NCBI RefSeq assembly: GCF_001194135.2
Contig: NC_068982.1
Location: forward strand, 134,020,879-134,062,580
Length of the DNA: 41,702 nucleotides
Source: Octopus bimaculoides
Taxonomy: Eukaryota
Direction: 5' to 3'
This document shows, one piece after another, positions 22,699 to 34,029 of the stretch. The translations under genes and the position numbers were made by a program. Every line of letters begins with the position of its first letter. The first letter of the stretch is position 1. A model generated the notes under the pieces. It ran no database searches, was not told the DNA's origin, and saw only the letters and a list, made by a program, of their open reading frames with translations.

Positions 22699-22762
22699 AA
22701 ATTAGAAATAATATAGTATAAATTAGAAATAATATAGTATAAATTAGAAATAATATAGTATA
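22699..22762. repeat. 21-bp tandem repeat x3 (aattagaaataatatagtata)
   Basis: Direct reading. Confidence 0.9.
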
Positions 22763-23100
22763 AATACATATCGAAAGAGGATTGGCTTGTGCGGTGAGGG
22801 ATTAGATCTTAAGTATAGAACCGACTGATGATGGCGGGCAATGGTGGTTTAGATGAAGTCTAAACATTAACGTAACAAATAATGTTGTGACGAATCTATG
22901 AGGAAAAGAGTGTTTCCTTTTACTTAGATAACACTGTCTTATGGGAAAAAGAAAGAAAAATATTTAGCGAATCTCTTAAGAGCATTTGGCTGGAATCTAC
23001 TTTTTACACGAGCTCGTTTATAAGCGTACTATTTATACATGTACGTTCCATAGTCTGATTTAAGTTCAGAGTGTATGTAAGTATAAATACTTTTGGAAAT

Positions 23101-23154
<54 letters not shown>

Positions 23155-23443
23155 NNNNNNNNNNNNNNNNNNNNNNNNNNNNNNNNNNNNNNNNNNNNNN
23201 NNNNNNNNNNNNNNNNNNNNNNNNNNNNNNNNNNNNNNNNNNNNNNNNNNNNNNNNNNNNNNNNNNNNNNNNNNNNNNNNNNNNNNNNNNNNNNNNNNNN
23301 NNNNNNNNNNNNNNNNNNNNNNNNNNNNNNNNNNNNNNNNNNNNNNNNNNNNNNNNNNNNNNNNNNNNNNNNNNNNNNNNNNNNNNNNNNNNNNNNNNNN
23401 NNNNNNNNNNNNNNNNNNNNNNNNNNNNNNNNNNNNNNNNNNN

Positions 23444-23494
<51 letters not shown>

Positions 23495-23593
23495 TACTTT
23501 ATACAAACGGGAGAAGCAGAACTCAATAGATTTGAGTGTACATTTTATTTATGCTTGAGAAACTACATCAATGACTCAATGTTCCAGAACTCA

Positions 23594-23790
23594 AAGGCGG
23601 TGAGCTGGCAGAAACGTTAGCACGCTCGCCGGGAGAAATGCTGAGCGGTATTTCGTCTGTCTTAACGTTCTGAGTTCAAATTCCACCGAGGTCGACTTTG
23701 CCTTTCATCCTTTAGGGGTCAATTAAATAAGTACCAGTTACGCACTGGGGTCAATATAATCGACTGCCCCCCCCTCTCCAAAAATTTCTA
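23594..23790 (+). mobile_element. SINE family A monomer
   Basis: aaggcggtgagctggcagaaacgttagcac..gagttcaaattccaccgaggtcgactttgcctttcatcc..cactggggtc. Confidence 0.9.
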
Positions 23791-24359
23791 AATTCATACA
23801 GATGTATGTATGTATGTATGTATAACGACTTAATTCAATTTTTTGCGGCTTCAAAAAGAATTTAAAAGATTCTTATTTAGCTAGTTGTCAGTTGTTCACC
23901 AGCTACTGTTCCTTACACAAATAATTCAAACAATCGAAGAAATTTTGACGTTTCGAGCAAAACCTTCATCAGATTGAGAGAGAGAGAGAGAGAGAGAGAG
24001 AGGCAGACAGAAAGACAGAGAGAGATTTACAAGTGTTGGTAGCTACATTGATTGAGAGTAGTAGGGGGTGAGCGATGGATTCACTCTCGCTTCGACAAGG
24101 CATTGCTGAACAACCTGCACAATGAATATTATTATAGTGGGCATAGTTTGTGCAGAGCCAGTCTCACTCAGTTATCCCTCAAACTTGTATTGGTCTGGTG
24201 TCACATGTGCTGCGAGCCCAGTATTTATCGGAATGCAGGATTTGTATGGAGTTACCTTCTCTTAGACGAACAGTTAAAGATCTGAAGGGCTTCGTCTGCG
24301 ATGGATTCGTTGAGGTGTCTGTGAGTAACTTTCTTCCAGGGGTTATTCCGAGACATGCA

Positions 24360-24510
24360 AATTAACTCATAGCTGGGACCCTGTCGGATGCTACTACTTC
24401 GGTCAGGGTAAGAATAAGGATTAAGAAATGGTTCTACACTTCCGCAGACCCTGGAACTCCCGAACCAGAGTCCCAGTACTGGATGCAGTTTGAAGTCATA
24501 TCTAGTACAA
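24360..24510. repeat. Old dispersed repeat F
   Basis: Partial inverted similarity to 17200-17310. Confidence 0.35.
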
Positions 24511-24758
24511 AGTAGGAGTGAAAAAACATTAATACTATAATGAAGGTTAATTACCGTAACAGCGAAAAATAATTATTTCTCTCTCACTTACTCTCTGTTA
24601 ATTTATCCATCAACACTAGTAAACGCTCCTCTGTGTCCTCCCTCCCTCCCTCCCTCCATCCCTTTGTAGCTCAGAAAAGTCAGATTTTCTTCCTCGTTAC
24701 AATCAACATTTTTTGTTGTTTCAGCGATTCTTGCTATTCGCCAATATAGGACATCGCC

Positions 24759-24860
24759 AAGGCGGCGAGCTGGCAGAAACGTTAGCACGCCGAGTGAAAT
24801 GCTTAGCGCTTAGCGGTATTTCGTCTGCCGTTACGTTCTGAGTTCAAATTCCGCCGAGCT
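24759..24860 (+). mobile_element. SINE A head, 3'-truncated
   Basis: aaggcggcgagctggcagaaacgttagcacgccg..gagttcaaattccgccgag, with a 7-bp internal duplication gcttagc. Confidence 0.9.
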
Positions 24861-25314
24861 CGCCTCTGTGTGTGTGTGTGTGTGTGTCCCCGTCCATTTG
24901 CTTGCAATGATTTCCAATTATGCCTGAATAGACATCTCTTGTACTGGACTCGTTTCGGTCGACTAAACCTCCCTTTACTTCCTACCAACATTTGTACTTA
25001 GTTAACCCACATATTCCCTCTATACCCTGCTATACAACTGAGACCAACCGCTTCCTATATTCATTTAAGGGATTATTTTTATGTAACACGCCACACATAC
25101 ACACACGTACGCTCGCACACACATTTATATCCACTCGACGATGGAATTTAATCTGTATGGCTTAGAGGATCTACGATTGTTTTTCTTTTCCATTATCAGT
25201 GCCGTTGCGATTCAACCGAATAAATTCCTTCATACTCTGTCCTATTTTATTTTTTATTTCTTTGTCATTTATTTTGAAGAATGTTGATAAAATATAGCGT
25301 TTTTAATATTTAAT

Positions 25315-25360
<46 letters not shown>

Positions 25361-25364
<4 letters not shown>

Positions 25365-25566
25365 GGCTGTGTTTGTCCCGCACAACCGCTTGACAACTGG
25401 AATTTGTTTACGTCACCGTAACCTAGAGGTTCGGCAATAGAGTCCGATAGAATAAGTACCAGGCTTTAAAAAATGTACTGGGGTCGATTCGTTCGAATAA
25501 AATCGCTTCAAAGCGGTGCCCCAGCATGGTCGCAGTCTAATAACTGAAACAAAGGATAAAAGATAA
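25361..25566 (+). mobile_element. SINE B 3' half preceded by (GT)n
   Basis: tgtttgtccc..cgcttgacaac..ggttcggcaatagag..gatagaataagtacc..gcggtgccccagcatggtcgcagtc. Confidence 0.85.
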
Positions 25567-26236
25567 ACGCTATATACTACGAATTCAGTAAACATAGTTT
25601 TTGGCCTCACAGCCCCCGAATGACTGCTTCTTATATTATTTACATCGTTGTTAAAACGATATTGTTCCAATTAGAAAAGCAACAATAGTTTCAGAGACCT
25701 TCTGCTACCATCATGTATTTAGCAGTGAAGGTAAAGTCTTTTATGTAAGTAGCTGTTGATGTATTAATAGTAAGTTTTGACAATCTTTGGGCACATCGCA
25801 CATGACAACATATATAGATATGTATATGTATGTACGTGTGTATGTGTATAACGAGTCCTTCACCGTCACCATAAAGTAAAGCAACGAAATTTAAGCATGT
25901 TTTATATTCGAAAATTTGACAGATTTATGGGACATGTACTATGTATGCACACATACATGCGTATATACAGACATTCATACACATACATATACGCATACAT
26001 ACACATGTAAGCACATATAAAGTGTTAAGGTCAATAAACATTAAAAAGCGCCACACAAACAGAACAAAGTTTTACGAATGTGGATCACTTTACAGATACA
26101 TACATACATACATACACTCTTTTAGATATTACTGGTGTGTGTGTGTGTGTAGAATAAAGTAGGCAGACATGCCACCTCTCCAATAAAATGGAAGTAGATA
26201 TTAATCGACAGAGAAACTCAGTAAACTTTATTAGGT

Positions 26237-26330
26237 GAGCTATGATGCAATGAGCTATGATGCAATGAACTATGCTGTAATAAGCTGTGGTGTAATAAGC
26301 TATGATGTAATGAGCTATGATGTAATGAAC
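26237..26330. repeat. 15-bp minisatellite x6 (gagctatgatgyaat)
   Basis: Direct reading. Confidence 0.95.
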
Positions 26331-26492
26331 AGGGAGTTTCTTCAAAGAAACTAAGATATATATTAAGTGGGTTGTAATAACTGTAACATTCAGGATTATA
26401 CTCACTTCATGCGACACAAACTTATCACGCGAACTTTATTTATATTTTTGTTTTTTGTTTTCTACGGCTGAAGAGCATCACTACTCCTCCCA

Positions 26493-26653
26493 GGCCCTGT
26501 AGTTAAGGGCGTTGGACTCACAAGCAAAATAAGATCGTGGGTTCGATTCCTGACCAAAGTGACGAGTTGTGTCCTTGAACAAGCTCACGTCATTTCACGT
26601 TTCTCCAGCCTGTGCAGTTGAAACTGTGTACCAGCCTTGTGATGGTGCATATC
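26493..26653 (+). mobile_element. SINE family E
   Basis: gtagttaagggcgttggactcac..gatcgtgggttcgattcc..gttgtgtccttgaacaag..catttcacgtt. Confidence 0.7.
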
Positions 26654-26974
26654 TCTCTCCCGCCCCCCTTTTCTCTTTCTCTGTCTCTCTTTCTCTTTCG
26701 CTCCCTCTCTCTGCCGCAAGGTGTCACATACTCAACGTTCCGTTGGTACAGGAGTTGGAGAGTTGTGTTTTTAAATGGCTTATAAACATCTTCCACGCTG
26801 CAATTGTTTTTGTTTCAGCACATGATCTCAGATCAGGTTACTTGCTATGCAAGTACATCTTCGTAATAAATAAATAATTGTATTAATAAACCTTTGACAA
26901 TGTGTCGCACATCAGCGTTGACTCCTGAATGTAAACTTTTACGGGAATGGAGAAAATTTTAAAAAAAAGGTTGA

Positions 26975-28036
26975 AAAGTTTTTAATTTTGACAGAAGGCC
27001 AGCAATTTTTGAGTGGTACTTTAGTTTATCCGCCCCGGAAGGATGAAAGTCAAAGTTGACTTTGGCAGCATTTAATACCAAACAAATGGCAGCACACAGC
27101 TGCGTGCACAGTGAGAGCTAGCAGTGACCTTCACGAGGCAGTGTGCCCAATGACATCGTTGTGTTTACTTCCCAAGTTGTGATATTTGTGTTTTTGTAAT
27201 CATATGTATGCTGCAGTCTGCGATTTTGTCATCGACAGGAACAAAGAGCCAACGTGAAATTTTGAGTTAAATTTGGTAAGTTTGCTACAGAGACGCTGAG
27301 CAAACTTTGACAAGCTTACAGCGACGAGGCAAATGGGTCGTACGCAATGTTTCGAGTGACACGGGAGCTTCAAAAAGGAAAAGAACATCCCTGGAAGACG
27401 ATGAGCGAGCTGGAAGACCTGCTATAAGAGTCACCCCAGAAATGTGATATTGTGCATTGAGAATTCGTCGCCCAGGACCAGACCGTCAATCAAGTGTTCT
27501 ACTGTAACGTTTTGAAGAGTTTGAGTGAGGATATTCGGTGAAAGTGAAACGGATCAGTGGAGCGCAAAGAATTGAACTCTTCACGATGACAATGCACCTT
27601 GTCACCGTACTCTCCTCACTCGTGAGTTTCTCGCCAAAAAAGAACATGGTATCGCTTCCGCATCCGTCCTCTTCGCCAGATTTAGCACCTGCAGACTTCC
27701 ATCTCTTCCCTAAGATGAAAATGCAGCTTAAATGTCACCGTTTTAACACCGTTGTTGAGATAAAGAGCGAATCGCAGAAGGTCCTCGACTCGCTTACGGA
27801 AAACAACTTTCAGGCCGGATTCCAAAAGCGACAGGAAGGCGGGGACCGGTGTATTGCTGCGCAAGGTGATTATTTCGGAGAAGATTATAAAACTTATCGT
27901 TATTTTTTAAACTTAGGTTATTTTTTATTAAACATAACCAGTCCTGGGACTTCTTGATACCACCTCGTAAATTGTCGGAAGGAGATTCTGCAATGCATTT
28001 TGTCCGATGCTCTAGCCGTTCTGCCAGCTTGCCACC
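26975..28036 (-). mobile_element. Old SINE A split by the mariner insertion (parts 26975-27073 and 27970-28036)
   Basis: Left part ends ggatgaaagtcaaagttgactttggcagcattt. Right part resumes aattgtcggaag..gcattttgtccga..ttctgccagcttgccacc. Confidence 0.7.
27075..27969 (+). mobile_element. Internally deleted mariner (DD34D) transposon, pseudogenised transposase
   Basis: N-terminal EQRANVKF..KFATETLSKL..YSDEAMGRTQCFE..LEDDERAGRP and C-terminal LHDDNAPCH..LPHPSSSPDLAPADFHLFPKMK..RCIAAQGDYF with stops and frameshifts. Right TIR gtcctgggacttcttgataccacctcg followed by TA. Left TIR absent. Confidence 0.92.
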
Positions 28037-28245
28037 AAATGGTTTCAAATTTTGAGACAAGGCTAGCTATTTTGAGGGGAGGAATTCGATTAAATTGACT
28101 CCACTTGACTGGTAGATTATTTTATCGACCTCGAAAAATAAATGGCGAAGTTAACCTTGACAGGATTTCAATTCAGAACATAGAGAATTAGCAATACCGC
28201 GAAGTATTTTATCCGAAGCTCTAACGATTGTCATCTCGCTACCTT
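28037..28245 (-). mobile_element. Old SINE A monomer
   Basis: atggtttcaaattttgagacaaggctagc..ttttatcgacctcgaaaaataaatggcgaagttaacc..ctctaacgatt. Confidence 0.75.
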
Positions 28246-28856
28246 TTCCGTCTTGTCAGATATTCTCATATCGACAAAGGTACAGAATGATTGGTGGAGA
28301 GAGAGAGAACTAAAAAAAAAGCTTAAATGGGTGACACTCTTGTGCATTTTTTTCATCACTAGCCTACATCTTCAACCGGATATCGAGAATTGGCGTAAGC
28401 TATGTTGATATTCTCGGATTTAGACAGAGACGCACTAATCTGCCTACTCTATCTCATTATGGTTAACTGAACTGATCATTGCTAATTTAGAAATATAGGT
28501 TGAACCTCCCTAATCTGGCAAGCTTAGAACCAGACAGATGTTGGAGTAACCGATTTTCCAAACCAATGAAGTGTAAAAAAAAAAGTGAAATACAACATAT
28601 ATTGCACTATAGTTCTCATTCTGACATAGCTTTTGTAGGCATAGACCTAGTTCCGACTGAGAGATTCCCTAGATTTACGACACTAGGTAAGATATCTTTT
28701 GTAACAGAGTAAAAGCCACTTTTACGCTTTTCATTCAGCACCATTTTCACTACTAGATTGTCACTTAGGAGATATACTTCAGGGTAAAATATCAGGACAA
28801 ATAGTACCTCTATTGGTAGCATCAACCACTGTAAGTCAGTTGTGATCGCTCTGAAC

Positions 28857-29205
28857 AAGTGGTTCTCAACTTGGGGTCCACATGACTCTTGGGGGTCCGT
28901 ATATGATTTAGTTGTTAAAATTTGTGTGCAATAAATCGGATATATTTCTACAATACAAATTTTTAAACAATTTTTTAAATACAGTTCTGAATAATACACT
29001 TTTACTCTTTTACTTGTTTCAGTCATTTGACTGTGGCCATGCTGGAGCACCGCCTTTAGTCGAGTAAATCGACCCAAGGACTTATTCTCTGCAAGCCTAG
29101 TACTTATTCTATCGTCCGCTTTTGTCGAACCGCTAAGTTACGGGCACGTAAACACACCAGCATCGGTTGTCAAGCGATTTTGGGGGGACAAACACAGACA
29201 CACAA

Positions 29206-29245
<40 letters not shown>

Positions 29246-29508
29246 GCATATACATATATACGACGGGCTTCTTTCAGTTTCCGTCTACCAAATCCACTCA
29301 CAAGGCTTTGGTCGGCCCGAGGCTATAGTAGAAGACACTTGCCCAAGGTGCCACGCAGTGGGACTGAACCCTGAACCATGTGGTTCCGGGTTCATAATAC
29401 TTAATTATGAAAATATGTTGCTTTTTTAAACTTCAAATGGCTACGAGAGTCCGCAGGCAAATAGGAATCAAATAGGTCGACAGGCAAAAACTGGTTGAGC
29501 AGCACTCT
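28857..29508. mobile_element. hAT (Charlie-like) MITE with nested SINE B
   Basis: TIRs aagtggttctcaac / gttgagcagcact, TSD ctctgaac / ctctaaac. Same family as 4691-5198. Confidence 0.8.
28998..29394 (-). mobile_element. SINE family B, 5'-truncated with terminal fold-back
   Basis: High identity to 39938-40348 up to aaccatgtggtt. Candidate TSD ataatac. Confidence 0.9.
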
Positions 29509-29704
29509 CTCTAAACAATATGGGGCGCAAACAGTTAGACAAGAGGCTGTCTTGTAAACTAACAACAGCTAGCTTCTAATCACTGCCTCGAAACATCGAA
29601 TCTGCCGGATAAATGAAAGGGAAAAAAACTGCAAAAATAAAGGAGATGAAGTTGCAATTTATTTTTAGTCAGAGGAGAGAGAAAGGTTCACAATCTTTCG
29701 GAGT

Positions 29705-30020
<316 letters not shown>

Positions 30021-30625
30021 NNNNNNNNNNNNNNNNNNNNNNNNNNNNNNNNNNNNNNNNNNNNNNNNNNNNNNNNNNNNNNNNNNNNNNNNNNNNNNNN
30101 NNNNNNNNNNNNNNNNNNNNNNNNNNNNNNNNNNNNNNNNNNNNNNNNNNNNNNNNNNNNNNNNNNNNNNNNNNNNNNNNNNNNNNNNNNNNNNNNNNNN
30201 NNNNNNNNNNNNNNNNNNNNNNNNNNNNNNNNNNNNNNNNNNNNNNNNNNNNNNNNNNNNNNNNNNNNNNNNNNNNNNNNNNNNNNNNNNNNNNNNNNNN
30301 NNNNNNNNNNNNNNNNNNNNNNNNNNNNNNNNNNNNNNNNNNNNNNNNNNNNNNNNNNNNNNNNNNNNNNNNNNNNNNNNNNNNNNNNNNNNNNNNNNNN
30401 NNNNNNNNNNNNNNNNNNNNNNNNNNNNNNNNNNNNNNNNNNNNNNNNNNNNNNNNNNNNNNNNNNNNNNNNNNNNNNNNNNNNNNNNNNNNNNNNNNNN
30501 NNNNNNNNNNNNNNNNNNNNNNNNNNNNNNNNNNNNNNNNNNNNNNNNNNNNNNNNNNNNNNNNNNNNNNNNNNNNNNNNNNNNNNNNNNNNNNNNNNNN
30601 NNNNNNNNNNNNNNNNNNNNNNNNN

Positions 30626-30712
30626 TCCTTCACGTTTTTGAAAGGCGGTTGAACGTGATATGAGGGGGATTTGATCGTTATTTCTAGCAGGTTGAGGAAT
30701 TATGTAGAGGTT
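30626..30712 (-). mobile_element. Dispersed repeat family D fragment
   Basis: Reverse complement reads cctctacataattcctcaacctgctagaaataacgatcaaatccccctc. Confidence 0.55.
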
Positions 30713-30908
30713 TTGCTGCTAAGCTTGTTCTAGACAGAAAAGTTTTCTCATGTGGATAAATTTATATTTAGAGGAAACAAAAGGTGGTGTTAAGACATCC
30801 ATAACTTGACAAAAGACATTTGTGTAATAAGCAATCGGAAAATGAAAACGGATCGTGAACTTGCTAAGACAGATGAGATTATTTACAAAAGTACCAATGC
30901 GGTAGTCG

Positions 30909-30945
<37 letters not shown>

Positions 30946-30984
30946 TGTATGTATGCATGCATGCATGCATGCATGCATACATAC

Positions 30985-31500
30985 TTGGTGTCCTCGGCGC
31001 GAGAGGTATGTAATGATGTGAAGGTGTAACCCGAATTCCTCCCATTAGACACAAACCTGGTGGAAAACGGCAATACTAATGAAAAAGCACGGTTAGACGT
31101 GTCTCGAAATGGAGTTTGGGAAACCCTTGAGAAAACATTCCTAGACATCAAGGTTATGCACCTACATAAATAAACAAGAGTTTGTTTCGGGTTTGTGCAA
31201 CACTTGAACGGGAGAAAAAGAAAATAGTAAAAGGTTCATTCCTTCTTATAGCCATGTCAACATCAGGTGGAATAGGAGCTTCTAAGAAGCACCACAAAAG
31301 GTTTGCTCTCCTAACTGCTGTGAAACGACGTGAAAGATAGTCTGATGTTCTGAACTATATGAGAATAAGAATTAGATTCAGTCTACAAACGAGCAATCCA
31401 ATTGTAATTCGTGGAGTAAGGGGAACAGCGACAGAGGGAACAAGTTTTACCTTTCTGCACTGTTATTCAACTTCATAGAATTCGCCGAAGGCTTCTAGGA
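30985..31500 (+). mobile_element. 3' relic of a CRE-like non-LTR retrotransposon (REL endonuclease domain)
   Basis: REVCNDVKV*PEFLPLD..NEKARLDVSRNGVWETLEKTFLDIKVMH, then IVKGSFLLIAMSTSGGIG..HHKRFALL..KRRER*SDVLNYMRIRIRFSLQ..IRGVRG. Matches the ARLD..FFDVRV..KGSFTPLVMSTSGGMG..RFSLL..LRG pattern of metazoan CRE elements. Confidence 0.8.
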
Positions 31501-31686
31501 TGTTTTACACATGGTTCCCTAATCTTCATAATGCAGTTCTCAACGATGTTACATATCGACATTACACCTTAAAAATAACACCAACGAAGTTGGATATAAG
31601 TCAATTGCAAGGGTTAAAAATCAGACTGAGGTTCTAAAGTAATATCAAACAGTAAAATTATTTTCTATTTCTTTACACACCGACAT

Positions 31687-32065
31687 GTGGAGGCGCAATG
31701 GCCCAGTGGTTAAGGCAGCGGACTCGCGGTCATACAATCGCGGTTTCGATCCCCAGACCGGGCGTTGTGAGTGTTTATTGAGTGAAAACACCTAAAGTTC
31801 CACGAGGCTCCGGCAGGGGATGGTGGTGAACCCTGCTGTACTCTTTCACCACAACTTTCTTTTACTTCCTGTTTCTGTTGTACCTGTATTTGAAAGGGCA
31901 AGCCTTCTCACACTCTCTGTCACGCTAAATATCCCCCGAGAACTACGTTAAGGTTACACGTGTCTGTGGAATCGTCAGCCACTTGCACGTTAATTTCACG
32001 AGCAGGCTGTTCCGTTGATCGGATCAACTGGAACCCTCGATGTCGTAAGCGACGGAGTGCCAACA
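31687..32065 (+). mobile_element. tRNA-derived SINE, family C, full length
   Basis: A-box-like tggcccagtggtta, B-box-like ggtttcgatccc, caacaac tail, 12-bp TSD acacac(c/t)gacat (31675-31686, 32066-32077). Confidence 0.92.
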
Positions 32066-32931
32066 ACACACTGACATAAAAAAAACCCATTGTATCATAG
32101 TGCAGTAGTGTAAAAAAGAATAAAGTGCCGTGGTGTTCATACTTGTCTCAAAGGCATAAACAGTGCAACTGAAGTGAAATTGCTTTCCACTAGAGTTGGA
32201 AACAGTGTTGCAGTGCTACTTGTTGAATGATTACTTTTTCTCCTACATCTCTACATTTTTACTAAATATTGAAGCATTTTCACAAACACCAGATGAAACG
32301 TTTCAAACTATGTGTGCATGCGTGTGAACGCTAAACATAGTGACGTTTTACGTATTTATTTATTTTATTTACATCTATCTTAGTCACGGGCAAACGGATA
32401 ACGAAGTGAACTTTGATTACATCAGTCTGCTTTGTTGCGATAACTTTACTACAGGGTTCAACTAAATTTAACTTAAAGTAGAATGAACATAATTTAAACA
32501 GATAGGTTTATTATGCGATAGGGCACACATTCTAGGAGATGTCGACTGTTTTGGCTCCTATCCAAAAGATAAATGCCATACCTGTTTTTCATCAATCTGA
32601 CAAAACGTCATAAGTTGAGGTAAATCTATTCATGGCTACCATTATAAAGTCAATACTTAAATCTGATTTCAAGGCAGGCGTCAAAAGGAAGTTGTATAAA
32701 TCTCTTTCTGGATAGCATATTGTTCAATCTTAGGTTACACTCTTAGAATATGTGATGATAGCATTTATACCTTATAACGAGGGCGACTAAAGTGTGATGT
32801 GGAATTAAGTACCCAGACTTGCTTGAAATTATAAAGAAATATTTCAGTCATTTCCACTATATTCATGTTGGGCCCCTGCGTTGTCACAGACCCATATTAT
32901 ATATATATATATATNNNNNNNNNNGTGTGTG

Positions 32932-32969
<38 letters not shown>

Positions 32970-33139
32970 GTTATATCTAATAATTTTCATCGCTGTATTG
33001 TGTATTTGTTACTTTTTGTATCTGATATTTGTTATGGATCTTCTATAAGAATGAAACTGTATACCTTAATTTGCCACTTCTATGTACGAAGACCAAGAAC
33101 AAATCTTAGGAAACAGAATTCATTTTAGCGAGACACCTA

Positions 33140-33262
33140 TTGAAATCACCTGAGGAGACACATCTACGCCGAGGGATACACCTAAACCAGATGTTCAGAA
33201 TCCCACTTGCGAAGGATCGATTCTAGATGGGTCGAAACAATTGTAGTGATCAATAAAGATTC
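33140..33262 (+). mobile_element. Penelope-like terminal relic with degenerate type I hammerhead fold
   Basis: Three helices and GAAA core at 33204-33248, followed by aataaa. Confidence 0.55.
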
Positions 33263-33310
33263 TCGTATCTTCCATATTCCGTCTCTCTTTCATTAACTAA
33301 ATACATACAT

Positions 33311-33389
<79 letters not shown>

Positions 33390-33667
33390 NNNNNNNNNNN
33401 NNNNNNNNNNNNNNNNNNNNNNNNNNNNNNNNNNNNNNNNNNNNNNNNNNNNNNNNNNNNNNNNNNNNNNNNNNNNNNNNNNNNNNNNNNNNNNNNNNNN
33501 NNNNNNNNNNNNNNNNNNNNNNNNNNNNNNNNNNNNNNNNNNNNNNNNNNNNNNNNNNNNNNNNNNNNNNNNNNNNNNNNNNNNNNNNNNNNNNNNNNNN
33601 NNNNNNNNNNNNNNNNNNNNNNNNNNNNNNNNNNNNNNNNNNNNNNNNNNNNNNNNNNNNNNNNNNN

Positions 33668-33698
<31 letters not shown>

Positions 33699-33844
33699 AA
33701 CACATGCAAATTAGGATTCAGTTGTTCGTTTAAATAACAGAATTTTGTGCTGCTGAATATACATGGCGCGCACACACACACACACACACGCACACACACA
33801 CACACACACGCACACACACACACACACACGCACACGCACACACA

Positions 33845-33990
33845 CAAGCACACAAACACACACATACGACGGGCTTCTTTCATTTTCCACACACCAAATC
33901 CACTCACAAGGCTTTGATCGGCTTGGAATTCAACCAGAAATCTTGTAGTTGGGAAACAAACTTTTTGCCACACAGCCATGACTGTGCCAA
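33845..33990 (-). mobile_element. Degenerate SINE B 5' half
   Basis: tacgacgggcttctttca..ccaaatccactcacaaggctttg..ccacacagcca, with an internal deletion. Confidence 0.75.
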
Positions 33991-34029
33991 TAAAGAAACA
34001 TATTTTAAGAAATAATTTCGTGAATTATT

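Noticed and set aside
23105-23491. (GT)n and (CA)n facing each other as a large hairpin
   Set aside because: They are separated by an N gap, so orientation and contiguity are uncertain.
24050-24365. Overlapping 71-77 aa ORFs as an exon or LINE fragment
   Set aside because: No recognisable motif in any frame and no convincing splice pair.
30780-30830. KGG..HN..KD as the zinc knuckle of the CRE relic
   Set aside because: Spacing is wrong, a frameshift is needed, and 150 bp of unrelated sequence intervenes.
31687-31765. tRNA gene
   Set aside because: tRNA-like A/B boxes continue into a SINE body with tail and TSD; no complete cloverleaf. The same holds for all A, B and E heads.
33147-33175. 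Additional hammerhead core cacCTGAGGAGAC..GCCGAggg
   Set aside because: GAAA and stem III are missing; counted only as weak context for the 33204 motif.
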